Source: a bacterium
Lineage (GTDB): Bacteria; Patescibacteriota; Minisyncoccia; Phycocordibacterales; PALSA-1337
Length of the DNA stretch: 64,000 nucleotides
NCBI GenBank assembly: GCA_025355565.1
Contig: JANXZK010000022.1
Coordinates: forward strand, 3,490-67,489
Direction: 5' to 3'
Position numbers and translations under genes: made by a program. Positions 9,208 through 18,052 of the stretch are shown one piece after another (the first letter of the stretch is position 1; each line of letters starts with the position of its first letter). The notes below the pieces were generated by a model, which was not told the origin of the DNA, did no database searches, and was given only the letters and a program-made list of their open reading frames with translations.

Positions 9208-10401
9208 TCATCTGACCACTGTCCTTTTTAATGTACTGGGAATATGCACAGCCAACTCATAGGGGAGTAGCCCGCACTTTTTGGCGAGAGAGGCGATAGA
9301 ATTCGGGTCATCGATCTCGTTACTAAATACTGTGACTTTGTCGCCAGCTCTGACTCCCGCGACGTGCGAGACGTCTATAGTGGTCATATTCATGCTGACG
9401 TTGCCGATGATCGGACACTCGATATCATCATTGCCAACTTGCACGGCACCTAGATCTCCAAGCCGACGATCGATGCCTTCATAATATCCGACGGGAATAG
9501 TGGCGATCGTCATCTCTCTATCTGCGGCAAAAGCTCTGCTATAACCGACACTGTCATCTCGTCCGATCTTTTTCGTGCTAGCAATGATCGTGGTCAGTTC
9601 GAGTACAGGTTTCAGTTCCATTTTTTCTGGAAATCTCTCTCCGCCGACTAGTCCATACATGCCGAGACCCAATCTCAAAACATTTGCATCGATGTCCTGA
9701 GTGAAGCGGCTGCCAAAAGTCGCGGCGAGGTGCGTATATTCGAGCGATGGGAATTCATGTTTCAATCGCATGATGATCCTGTTCCAGATATTTACTTGCC
9801 CCTCTGTGAATGAGGTGTCATCATTGTCGGCGTCCGAGAGATGCGAGCAGATGCCTCGGAGTACGATATCGACATTGTTGGCCATCAATTCGATCGCTCT
9901 CTGTATTTCTCCGGGAAGGATGCCTTGGCGATGCATGCCCGTGTCGATCTTCAGGTGGATCATGATCGGATGCTCGGTTTCTCCTATTTTCTGTAATGCG
10001 TCGAGACTGGAGATCGTGAATGAGACATTATCGAGTTTGGAGGAGATGATAGTTTCCGGGCGGCTGTAGCCGATCAAGAGCAATGGGGTTTTTATGCCAG
10101 CTGATCGGAGAGCGACGGCTTCAAAATATGAATCAATGACGAAAAAGGGGATAGTCCCCCGACTATCATCGCTGTTGTCGGCTCTATTCGATGTTCGTCT
10201 ATACCTCTCCAGGATGGAAGCGATCTCGAGGAGTCCGTGGCCATAGGCGTTACTCTTCAATACTGGCGCTATGCCCCCTTTCGGAGAGAGCTTTTTGAAC
10301 TCATTTAGGTTATCGATGAGTGCCTGCCTGCTGATCTCGATTTTAACTAACGGTTCGTAAGGGAATCGACGTCTGGAAAGCCATGTGAGCGGATTTAGCA
10401 T
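9208..10401 (-). CDS. alr: alanine racemase
   Basis: PVLKSNAYGHG PLP-lysine motif, HLKIDTGMHRQG, VGYYEG and GNVSMN. Confidence 0.95.
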   Translation of the reverse strand: MLNPLTWLSRRRFPYEPLVKIEISRQALIDNLNEFKKLSPKGGIAPVLKSNAYGHGLLEIASILERYRRTSNRADNSDDSRGTIPFFVIDSYFEAVALRSAGIKTPLLLIGYSRPETIISSKLDNVSFTISSLDALQKIGETEHPIMIHLKIDTGMHRQGILPGEIQRAIELMANNVDIVLRGICSHLSDADNDDTSFTEGQVNIWNRIIMRLKHEFPSLEYTHLAATFGSRFTQDIDANVLRLGLGMYGLVGGERFPEKMELKPVLELTTIIASTKKIGRDDSVGYSRAFAADREMTIATIPVGYYEGIDRRLGDLGAVQVGNDDIECPIIGNVSMNMTTIDVSHVAGVRAGDKVTVFSNEIDDPNSIASLAKKCGLLPYELAVHIPSTLKRTVVR

Positions 10402-10438
10402 ACTCTCAGTATACTTTTATGGCCTTGTCAAAGATAGC

Positions 10439-10466
10439 TTGACAAAATGCCGCAATGTGCTATACT
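10439..10466 (+). promoter_or_regulatory. near-consensus sigma70 promoter of the ORFan cassette
   Basis: TTGACA-N16-TATACT with extended -10 TG. Confidence 0.75.
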
Positions 10467-10538
10467 GTTGCCCAGTGGCTCAAGTAGGCCATTTTTAAGT
10501 TCTACACAATCACATACCAATTATGAAGGAGTTTTGAG

Positions 10539-10766
10539 ATGAAAAGAATTCTTGTCGGAATCGGCCTTGTAGCCTTCGGTTTCGCTGTGGCGGTTTTGGT
10601 GATCGGCTGGAAAAATGCCAGCACACAGACTGCGGCAGTGGAAGTAGAAAATGTCGCCAGCACTGCGGATGCGGCGGTTCAAATGACCGTTACAAACGAA
10701 GTCGTTGGTAGCAATGTGCTGCGCATCCATGTAGCGAAGATCAGTTTCGCCGGTGCGCGTCACTGA
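10539..10766 (+). CDS. small secreted/membrane-anchored hypothetical protein
   Basis: SD-like GAAGGAG upstream; signal-peptide-like N-terminus MKRILVGIGLVAF. Confidence 0.6.
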   Translation: MKRILVGIGLVAFGFAVAVLVIGWKNASTQTAAVEVENVASTADAAVQMTVTNEVVGSNVLRIHVAKISFAGARH

Positions 10767-10826
10767 TAGTGTCGGAAAAACAAGCAACAAAACGGTAAAA
10801 CAAAAAAAGAAAGGAAAAGATAAATA

Positions 10827-11948
10827 ATGAAGAATTCGTTTAAATCGGTTCTGTCGGTATTGTTAGTCACGGTTGCGATCCTGGTCGGTCTCTGCGCGTT
10901 TGCTCAGGTGCCGCCCAATCCGGTCCCGCCGCCGACTCCGGTCGCCGATCTCAGCATGATCACCAATCACGCTGAATTGGTTTCCAGTCAGTTCAAGAAG
11001 GTCCAGGGGATAAGGGTTAACATCCAGGTTGACGGCAGCGCCGACTCCTGGTTGCCGAATGCCTTTTTCTCCTACACGAATACGGTCAAGACACTCGAGG
11101 ACATCATGGGCATCGTCACGAACAACTGGTGGGACGTGCGGGTGGTGGACACGAGGGCGACGATAACAATTGCCGTGAAGTTCTACGACACGGCAAGTTA
11201 CGACGCCATTCAAGGTTACCTTGGTGTTAACGCCGTGGCACCCAAAGCGTTGTTCGAAGGCTATGCCGGCGGACAACCCGAACTTGGGAAGGGTGGAGGC
11301 TATGTTCTCCCCGACTGGGCCGAGCAGGTCAGTATGCGTTTGGTCGGGAATGTGTTTGTCACTATGACCAACGTTACTTCCGCTCATCTGGTCTACACCA
11401 ACAATGCTGGTCAGTTCCAAAGCATGGATCTGCCGGTAACTTGGGGTCAAGGATTCGAGTATCCCCCAGATTTCGCCGGTCAGGGGATATTAGTTCTCAC
11501 CTGGATGGTTCCGGATAAAGCTGGGAACTTCTGGTGGTTCCAAAAGGCGTACGACGTCAGCAGCAACACGGAGGTGCCGATTACGGATGTTCTCGTTCGG
11601 GCATTGATTACTGATTCGGAAGATTTCCGGACGTCGGTAGATCAGTGGACGCTGAAGTATAACCTATACTCCTACCAGGGCTTTGGGAAGGTGCCGTTAT
11701 TGACGCCGACCTACAATAAGAGCGTCAACAACATCTACATCGAAGTGACCACGAGCGAAGGCGACTTCGCAAAGGGATACACAATTGAACACTTATCAAC
11801 CGGCAAGAAGACCACAGTCAGCGTGCCTGACGGCCAGATCGGTGTTGATGTGAAATTGCCAGGCGGCAGTTTCCATATCGTGCCCATCGGCCTCGATCTC
11901 CTGCCTTGGGAGATGTACAGTTGGTACGGTGGTGGAGGCAAAGGCTAA
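10827..11948 (+). CDS. secreted beta-rich hypothetical protein
   Basis: 373 aa with a signal peptide (AFA-Q), a Pro-rich linker and upstream AAAGGA. No family recognised. Confidence 0.8.
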   Translation: MKNSFKSVLSVLLVTVAILVGLCAFAQVPPNPVPPPTPVADLSMITNHAELVSSQFKKVQGIRVNIQVDGSADSWLPNAFFSYTNTVKTLEDIMGIVTNNWWDVRVVDTRATITIAVKFYDTASYDAIQGYLGVNAVAPKALFEGYAGGQPELGKGGGYVLPDWAEQVSMRLVGNVFVTMTNVTSAHLVYTNNAGQFQSMDLPVTWGQGFEYPPDFAGQGILVLTWMVPDKAGNFWWFQKAYDVSSNTEVPITDVLVRALITDSEDFRTSVDQWTLKYNLYSYQGFGKVPLLTPTYNKSVNNIYIEVTTSEGDFAKGYTIEHLSTGKKTTVSVPDGQIGVDVKLPGGSFHIVPIGLDLLPWEMYSWYGGGGKG

Positions 11949-11994
11949 GAGGTTTCGCACCTTAAAGCTCGAGTTCTTTATCTAGTTTCATGGC

Positions 11995-12030
11995 ACGCCG
12001 CATTTCTTCGGAGATGCGGCGTTTCCTTTT
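11995..12030 (+). terminator. intrinsic terminator
   Basis: acgccgcatttc-TTCG-gagatgcggcgt stem with a UUCG loop and a ttcctttt tail. Confidence 0.85.
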
Positions 12031-12226
12031 ATGTGAATTCTATTGTCGTTAAAATTGCATCTGAATATTACAAAAATGTTTTCGATGGTTACTGTCTGTT
12101 ACATAGAGTTATTAATCCGCGAGGTATTTTCTGGCTGGATCTGTTCACTGAAATTTTATCCTTTATTTATCAAAATTTGATTCTTTTTTCATTAGGATTT
12201 TATCATCGTTTTGTTATGGTTACTCG

Positions 12227-12650
12227 ATGGATGAAAAAACCCTGGCAGAATTCATTAAAAAAGCAAAAAAAGACGATTACAAAATAGGCTCTGTTACATG
12301 TCCTGCGTTTGGTGGAAAACAAGTTCACTTTGATTGTCGAGGATTCGATCATTCGATCATTACTGACAATCACACAATTCCTTTCCTATGGTTATGCCTT
12401 TGTTGAGCCGCCATAATAAGAAAGGAGTTTAGTGAAGATCAGTAAGAATCACAAACCGAGACCATTCAATGATTTGGCCAGACGTATCAGACTTTTGCCT
12501 TTAGCTGTAAGGGTACTCAAGGTTGCAAATGAATTTCACACCGACAAGAGGTATCACATAGTTAAAGGAGATATTGAAGGACAGGCCATTCGAATCGTGA
12601 TCGTACAAATAAATGATGAGTTATATTTTATCAGTGTTATGAATGAATGA
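12227..12650 (+). pseudogene. small nuclease/toxin-like gene (RelE/BECR-fold-like, tentative) split by an 82-bp insertion
   Basis: The 5' half MDEKTLAEFIKKAKKDDYKIGSVTCPAFGGKQVHFDCRGFDH (ATG 12227) and the 3' half ISKNHKPR...RRIRLLPLA...IRIVIVQ...YFISVM join in frame when the 82 bp between GATCA repeats are removed. The fold assignment is from recalled motif resemblance only. Confidence 0.6.
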
Positions 12651-12686
12651 TCTGGTCACAGAAAATTGGATCATATACATTAAACG

Positions 12687-12715
12687 ACAAAAGACCTCTA
12701 TTAAAGGTCTTTTGT
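12687..12715. terminator. bidirectional intrinsic terminator
   Basis: Perfect 11-bp inverted repeat acaaaagacct/aggtcttttgt with a 7-nt loop. Confidence 0.8.
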
Positions 12716-12845
12716 AGAATCTCTGCATTTTGCAAAGCAAGATTGGTTCTGGAGGGACCCCTATTCGTTTCCCTCAACACCGGTTGCATCCATATGATCA
12801 CGGTCGTAGACCAGGGGGACTTACTACATCAAAATCAATCCTTAT
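12687..12845 (-). ncRNA. predicted ~160-nt structured RNA (four-way junction with kissing loop), family unknown
   Basis: Has its own promoter (12852-12879) and terminator. A 13-bp closing stem (12830-12842 with 12739-12751) encloses three hairpins, and loops CCCCUG and UAGGGG are complementary. Confidence 0.6.
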
Positions 12846-12851
12846 GAGCTA

Positions 12852-12879
12852 AGTTTAGCAGAAATATAGCTGGAGTCAA
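12852..12879 (-). promoter_or_regulatory. minus-strand promoter driving the predicted ncRNA
   Basis: TTGACT-N16-TAAACT with extended -10 TG; the -10 hexamer is the same as in the tuf promoter. Confidence 0.6.
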
Positions 12880-12916
12880 TGGTCCCGCATTCACCGGTCT
12901 CGCAACCACCCAAAAT

Positions 12917-12945
12917 TTGCTTAATAAGCATCATTATGCTAAACT
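12917..12945 (+). promoter_or_regulatory. tuf/S10 operon promoter
   Basis: TTGCTT-N17-TAAACT with extended -10 TG. Confidence 0.65.
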
Positions 12946-13080
12946 ACTCTCACGCGCTCATAAAGCGTTTTTAATAATCTAATAATAATTTATCTCCGAA
13001 GATTTGAATACTGTCGCTTGAGTCCCCGGCTCACGCACTCGAACGATACCATTCAAGTATTGGAGCACTAAAACAATATT

Positions 13081-14271
13081 ATGGCTACAGCAGAATTCAA
13101 TCGTACGAAACCTCACGTAAACGTGGGAACTATTGGTCACATCGATCACGGGAAGTCAACTTTGACTGCCGCTATTTTGGCCGTCCAATCAAAGAAGGGT
13201 CTAGCAAATGTCAAAGCTTACGCGGATATCACAAAGGGAGGAACAGTCCGTGATGCAACAAAGACAGTCACTATCTCTCTGTCACACGTAGAGTATGAGT
13301 CACCGACTCGTCACTATGCGCACATCGACTGTCCTGGACACGCTGACTTCATCAAGAACATGATCACAGGTGCCGCTCAGATGGACGGTGCTATCCTCGT
13401 CGTATCAGCAACAGATGGCGTGATGCCACAGACACGTGAGCACGTCCTCCTAGCTTACCAAGTCGGTGTTCCAAAGATCGTCGTCTTTCTAAACAAGTGT
13501 GACCTAGTGCCAGAAACAGACCTTATCGATCTTGTCGAGGAAGAAGTACGCGAACTTCTCACAAAGAATAAGTTCGATGGCAAGAATGTTCCGATCATTC
13601 GCGGCTCAGCATCAAATGCATTGAACGGTGATGCAGAATGGTCAAAGAAGATCGACGAGCTCATGAATGCTCTCGACACCTATATCCCGACACCAGTTCG
13701 TGAAGTCGACAAGCCATTCCTCATGCCTATCGAAGACATTTTCTCGATCGAAGGCCGCGGAACAGTGGTTACAGGTCGTATCGAGCGCGGAGTTATCAAG
13801 GTTGGTGAGGAAGTCGAGATCATCGGTTTCAAGGATACAGTAAAGACAGTCATTACCGGTATCGAGATGTTCAACAAGTCATTGAAGGAAGGTATGGCCG
13901 GTGATAACGCAGGACTCCTTCTACGCGGTACAGGCAAGGATGATGTATCTCGTGGTCAAGTTTTGGCCAAGATCGGTTCAGTCAAGCCTCATACAGAATT
14001 CGAAGCAGAAGTCTACATTTTGAAGAAGGAAGAGGGAGGCCGTCATACACCATTTTTCACAGGCTACAAGCCTCAGTTCTACATCCGCACAACGGACGTA
14101 ACAGGCGAAGTAACATTGCCAGAGAAAGTTGAGATGGTCATGCCTGGAGATACGATCACATTCAAGGTCAAGCTCGTTGCTCCAGTCGCTCTCGAGGACA
14201 AGCAGCGTTTCGCAGTCCGTGAAGGAGGTAAGACAGTCGGCGCAGGAGTCGTCACGAAGATCGTCGCGTAA
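13081..14271 (+). CDS. tuf: elongation factor Tu
   Basis: [19 protein letters not shown] and [10 protein letters not shown] motifs; switch I is atypical. Confidence 0.99.
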   Translation: MATAEFNRTKPHVNVGTIGHIDHGKSTLTAAILAVQSKKGLANVKAYADITKGGTVRDATKTVTISLSHVEYESPTRHYAHIDCPGHADFIKNMITGAAQMDGAILVVSATDGVMPQTREHVLLAYQVGVPKIVVFLNKCDLVPETDLIDLVEEEVRELLTKNKFDGKNVPIIRGSASNALNGDAEWSKKIDELMNALDTYIPTPVREVDKPFLMPIEDIFSIEGRGTVVTGRIERGVIKVGEEVEIIGFKDTVKTVITGIEMFNKSLKEGMAGDNAGLLLRGTGKDDVSRGQVLAKIGSVKPHTEFEAEVYILKKEEGGRHTPFFTGYKPQFYIRTTDVTGEVTLPEKVEMVMPGDTITFKVKLVAPVALEDKQRFAVREGGKTVGAGVVTKIVA

Positions 14272-14276
14272 CAACA

Positions 14277-14651
14277 ATGCCCACTACAAAAGACACAATT
14301 AAAAAAAGAGCCCCTCGTGTAAAGAAAGCAAAGGCGGCCGGAGATATATCACGCCTCCGTATACGCGTAAGGGCTTATGAACACAAGATACTGGACGCAT
14401 CATTGAAACAGATCATGGACACCGCCGCGAGATATGATGCGGAGATACATGGTCCGGTACCACTACCAACGGAGATCAAGAAGTACACAGTCAACCGCTC
14501 CTCATTCATCGATAAGAATTCGAGAGAGCAGTTCGAGATGAGAGTACACAAGAGGTTGATCGACATCGTGAATCCGAATCCGAAGGTGATCGAGGCATTG
14601 ACCAACATGAGTTTGCCGTCAGGAGTGAACATAGATGTAAAGATGATGTAA
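14277..14651 (+). CDS. rpsJ: 30S ribosomal protein S10
   Basis: GPVPLPT and REQFEMRVHKRLIDI motifs; basic N-terminal extension. Confidence 0.98.
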   Translation: MPTTKDTIKKRAPRVKKAKAAGDISRLRIRVRAYEHKILDASLKQIMDTAARYDAEIHGPVPLPTEIKKYTVNRSSFIDKNSREQFEMRVHKRLIDIVNPNPKVIEALTNMSLPSGVNIDVKMM

Positions 14652-14711
14652 GTAGCTTGAAAGTGAAAAGACGAGACATGCATATCCCGTCTCTTTACAA
14701 TACAAAAACAC

Positions 14712-15320
14712 ATGAAATTCATACTAGGAAGAAAACTCAATATGACGCAGATCTACGATGCTTCTGGCAAGGCTATTCCTGCTACAGCGATACATATCCG
14801 CGGCAATGTCGTCGTCCAAGTACGCACCAAAGATACTGATGGTTACGAAGCTGTCCAGGTCGGCGAAGGTACGAGGAATCCGAACAGGATCGCTAAGCCT
14901 CAGAAGGGTCAGTGGAAGGACATGGGCTCGTTTGCATCTGTCTGCGAATTCCGCATGGACGCTCCGTCCCTCAAAGTTGGCGACAAGATAGAGCTCGCGC
15001 AATTCAAACTAGGCGATAATGTTGCAGTCAGTGCTACTTCCAAAGGTAAAGGCTTCCAGGGTGTGGTGAAACGTCACGGCTTCCATGGAGGTCCTAGGTC
15101 GCACGGTCAGAAGCACTCGGAGCGTGAGCCTGGTTCGATCGGAGGAGGCTTGCGTACGCACGTACCAGTCGGTATGCGCATGGCAGGAAGGATGGGTAAC
15201 GATAGGATCACCGTGAAGAATCTGACCGTCGCGCACATTGACGCCGAGGATTCAGTCATGTATGTTTCTGGAGCAGTTCCAGGTCGAAGGGGGAGCTTGG
15301 TGGAGATAGTAGGAATGTAA
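14712..15320 (+). CDS. rplC: 50S ribosomal protein L3
   Basis: DGYEAVQ, SKGKGFQGVVKRH and GAVPG motifs. Confidence 0.98.
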   Translation: MKFILGRKLNMTQIYDASGKAIPATAIHIRGNVVVQVRTKDTDGYEAVQVGEGTRNPNRIAKPQKGQWKDMGSFASVCEFRMDAPSLKVGDKIELAQFKLGDNVAVSATSKGKGFQGVVKRHGFHGGPRSHGQKHSEREPGSIGGGLRTHVPVGMRMAGRMGNDRITVKNLTVAHIDAEDSVMYVSGAVPGRRGSLVEIVGM

Positions 15321-15404
15321 AATTGAAATCTCAGGATAGAAAATCACACGAATAATATCGAAAAAACATTTTCAATTTTAACTTTTAAACCTTCATTTAA
15401 TTTC

Positions 15405-16109
15405 ATGGAAGCAATAATATACAATCAGATCGGTAAACCAGTAGGAAAGACAAAGCTTCCTGAAAGTATTTTTGGTGTGCCATGGAACGCGGACCTAGTT
15501 CACGAAGTCGTCCGCCTGATGAATAGCAACTCACGCAACAATATCGCCCATACAAAGACTCGCGGAGAGGTGAGTGGTGGCGGAAAGAAACCGTGGAAGC
15601 AAAAAGGCACAGGACGCGCACGTCACGGATCCTCGCGTTCTCCTATCTGGGTAGGTGGAGGCGTTGCGCATGGTCCTAGAAACGACAAGAACTTTGATCG
15701 CAAGATCAACAAGAAAGCGCGTGCCAAGGCTCTCTATGCTATCTTGTCAAAGAAATTCAAAGAAGGCGAGATCTTGTTCGTCGATTCATTTGACTTGAAG
15801 ACGCCAAAGACCAAGGAGGCAAAGAGCATCTTGGGAGCGCTCTCTACCGTGAAAGGCTTTGAAAAGCTCTCGACGAAGAAACAGAACACCGCTATCGTCG
15901 CCATGGATGTGAAGAGTAGTGCCATAGAGAAGAGTTTCCAGAATTTTGGCAACATCTCGGTCGAGGAATTCCGCAACATAAATCCAGTGTCAGTTTTGAA
16001 TCACACATACCTCATCATCATGAATCCCGCAGAATCATTGAAGGCATTGACAGCAAAGACTGCCGGTAAGGCCACAGTGATCGCATCAAAGACAGCATCA
16101 AAATCATAA
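15405..16109 (+). CDS. rplD: 50S ribosomal protein L4
   Basis: TKTRGEVSGGGKKPWKQKGTGRARHGS motif. Confidence 0.98.
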   Translation: MEAIIYNQIGKPVGKTKLPESIFGVPWNADLVHEVVRLMNSNSRNNIAHTKTRGEVSGGGKKPWKQKGTGRARHGSSRSPIWVGGGVAHGPRNDKNFDRKINKKARAKALYAILSKKFKEGEILFVDSFDLKTPKTKEAKSILGALSTVKGFEKLSTKKQNTAIVAMDVKSSAIEKSFQNFGNISVEEFRNINPVSVLNHTYLIIMNPAESLKALTAKTAGKATVIASKTASKS

Positions 16110-16132
16110 TTTTACATTTTACATTAACTATC

Positions 16133-16510
16133 ATGGCTATCTTCGGATCCAAAAAAAGAAAAGACGACAAGCTACAGCAGTCAGTTGTTGTGACAAAGAG
16201 CGCGGTCGCAAAGGGTGCCAAGAAGTATGTCGTTGTCAATGCTTCAGAGGCCATCATCCGTCCTCGAGTCACTGAGAAGTCGGGTATATTGAGTCAGAGC
16301 GGACGTTATACTTTTGAAGTCTCAAAGAGCGCCAACAAGCAGGCTATCTCAAATGCCGTGAATGCTCTATACAAAGTCAGACCGATCAAGATTACTGTCT
16401 TGAATACACCGACGAAGAACGTCTTTGTGAAAGGTCGTCGTGGGACGGTGTCAGGCATCAGGAAGGCGATCGTCACATTGAAGAAGGGTGATAAGATCGA
16501 TTTTGTATAA
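16133..16510 (+). CDS. rplW: 50S ribosomal protein L23
   Basis: PRVTEKS, YTFEV and RKAIVTL motifs; operon position. Confidence 0.96.
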   Translation: MAIFGSKKRKDDKLQQSVVVTKSAVAKGAKKYVVVNASEAIIRPRVTEKSGILSQSGRYTFEVSKSANKQAISNAVNALYKVRPIKITVLNTPTKNVFVKGRRGTVSGIRKAIVTLKKGDKIDFV

Positions 16511-16555
16511 TTTTCCATTTTTCCATTTTAATTTTTCCATTTTCTATTAACTAAC

Positions 16556-17410
16556 ATGAAAACATTCCGACCAACAACCAAATCTCGCCGACACATGACA
16601 GTTTTGCCATTCAGGGAATATCTGACGGCGAGCGAGCCGTACAAGGCTCTCACTGTCGGATTCAAACGCGATATGGGTCGCAATGCTTTTGGACGTATCA
16701 CTGTCCGCCACAAGGGTGGAGGACACAAGAAGCTCTACCGCATGATCGATTTCATGTATGACAAGAAAGACCAGATCGCCACAGTAAAGACAGTCGAATA
16801 CGATCCATTCCGTACAGGATACATCGGTATCGTGAACTACAAAGACGGAACGAAGCGCTACGTATTGCTCCCAAAGACCATGAAAGTCGGCAATTCGTTC
16901 ATCGTCTCTGAAAATGCGCCTATTGAGACGGGAAATAGGCTCCCTCTTAAAAAGATCCCAGTTGGTACTTATATTTATAATATAGAAGTCAAACCAGGTA
17001 GTGGTGCCAAGCTCGTTCGTTCGGCAGGATCATTCGGTCAGGTTATCGCTAATGATGCAGGTTATACACATATCAAGATGCCTTCTACAGAAGTTAGGAA
17101 AATCCATGAAGACGCATGGGCTTCTATCGGTGCCGTCTCTAACGAAGAGAACCGTCTCGTTACGATCGGTAAAGCTGGACGTTCACGTTGGATGGGTATC
17201 CGTCCTACAGTCCGCGGTTCTGCTCAAAACCCAGTTGATCACCCATATGGTGGAGGAGAACAGAGAACTGGTCGTGGTTTACGCCGTCTGAAAACTGCGT
17301 GGGGCAAGCCGGCAGGTAAAGGTCAGAAGACGCGTCGATCAAAGAAATATTCAAATGTTTTCGTCGTTTCTCGCCGTCAGCCAGGGAAGAATATGACCGC
17401 AGCAAGCTAA
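16556..17410 (+). CDS. rplB: 50S ribosomal protein L2
   Basis: GRITVRHKGGGH, EYDP and RPTVRGSAQNPVDHPYGGG motifs. Confidence 0.98.
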   Translation: MKTFRPTTKSRRHMTVLPFREYLTASEPYKALTVGFKRDMGRNAFGRITVRHKGGGHKKLYRMIDFMYDKKDQIATVKTVEYDPFRTGYIGIVNYKDGTKRYVLLPKTMKVGNSFIVSENAPIETGNRLPLKKIPVGTYIYNIEVKPGSGAKLVRSAGSFGQVIANDAGYTHIKMPSTEVRKIHEDAWASIGAVSNEENRLVTIGKAGRSRWMGIRPTVRGSAQNPVDHPYGGGEQRTGRGLRRLKTAWGKPAGKGQKTRRSKKYSNVFVVSRRQPGKNMTAAS

Positions 17411-17431
17411 TCGCAAGTCTGTAAAGTCAGG

Positions 17432-17462
17432 AAAGGGCGGCAAAGAACATGTCGCTCTTTTT
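17432..17462 (+). terminator. terminator-like hairpin after rplB
   Basis: aaagggcggca ... tgtcgctc stem followed by a T5 tail. Confidence 0.5.
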
Positions 17463-17604
17463 ACGCAAAATTTATGTTAAGATAATGATCAAAACATGTA
17501 CAAGATATTTATAAAGATGGGGAAAGACACGATCACATTCATGATGAGATTGATTCAGGGTAGATGAGGGTTAATGTAGGAGACTATTCCTGTCAGACTA
17601 TTCC

Positions 17605-17633
17605 TTGACTTCAGAAGATGGCTCTGTTAACAT
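17605..17633 (+). promoter_or_regulatory. internal promoter upstream of rpsS
   Basis: TTGACT-N17-TAACAT with extended -10 TG. Confidence 0.6.
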
Positions 17634-17687
17634 GGCTTATGAGCTCACGAGGGCTTATTTTCATCATCGAATTATAGGATTCATACA

Positions 17688-18041
17688 ATGTCACGATCAC
17701 TCAAAAAAGGCCCATATGTTGAAGAACGATTGCTCCGAAAGATCGAGGGCAAGAAGCCTGCATCAGCTGGAACTATAAAGACATGGGCACGACGCTCACA
17801 GATCTCTCCAGAGATGGTTGGATTTACTTTTGGCGTCCATAATGGCAAGATCCATGTGGACGTTTTCGTGACAGAGGATATGGTAGGACACCGCCTCGGT
17901 GAATTCTCACCTACGCGCAAGTTCGTACGACACGGAGGCAAGATGCAAAAGGAACTCGAGATGAAGGCCAAGGAGGCCGAGATGAATGCCGCAAAGTCCG
18001 CCAAGGAGGCCGCTACAGCCGCAGTTGTCAAGAAGGCATAA
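17688..18041 (+). CDS. rpsS: 30S ribosomal protein S19
   Basis: [10 protein letters not shown] and [13 protein letters not shown] motifs; C-terminal extension. Confidence 0.98.
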   Translation: MSRSLKKGPYVEERLLRKIEGKKPASAGTIKTWARRSQISPEMVGFTFGVHNGKIHVDVFVTEDMVGHRLGEFSPTRKFVRHGGKMQKELEMKAKEAEMNAAKSAKEAATAAVVKKA

Positions 18042-18052
18042 TTATATCTACC

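Noticed and set aside
12033-12287. 84-aa ORF
   Set aside because: AT-rich, GTG start, and it overlaps the better-supported frame starting at 12227.
12739-12842. HDV-like or hammerhead ribozyme, SRP, 6S or tRNA identity for the predicted RNA
   Set aside because: A CGAAU.GGG resemblance to HDV J4/2 exists, but the nested double-pseudoknot geometry does not fit. CUGAUGA, the SRP loop and the T-loop motifs are absent.
12647-12847. 66-aa plus-strand ORF
   Set aside because: It runs through a terminator and the antisense structured RNA and has no protein features.
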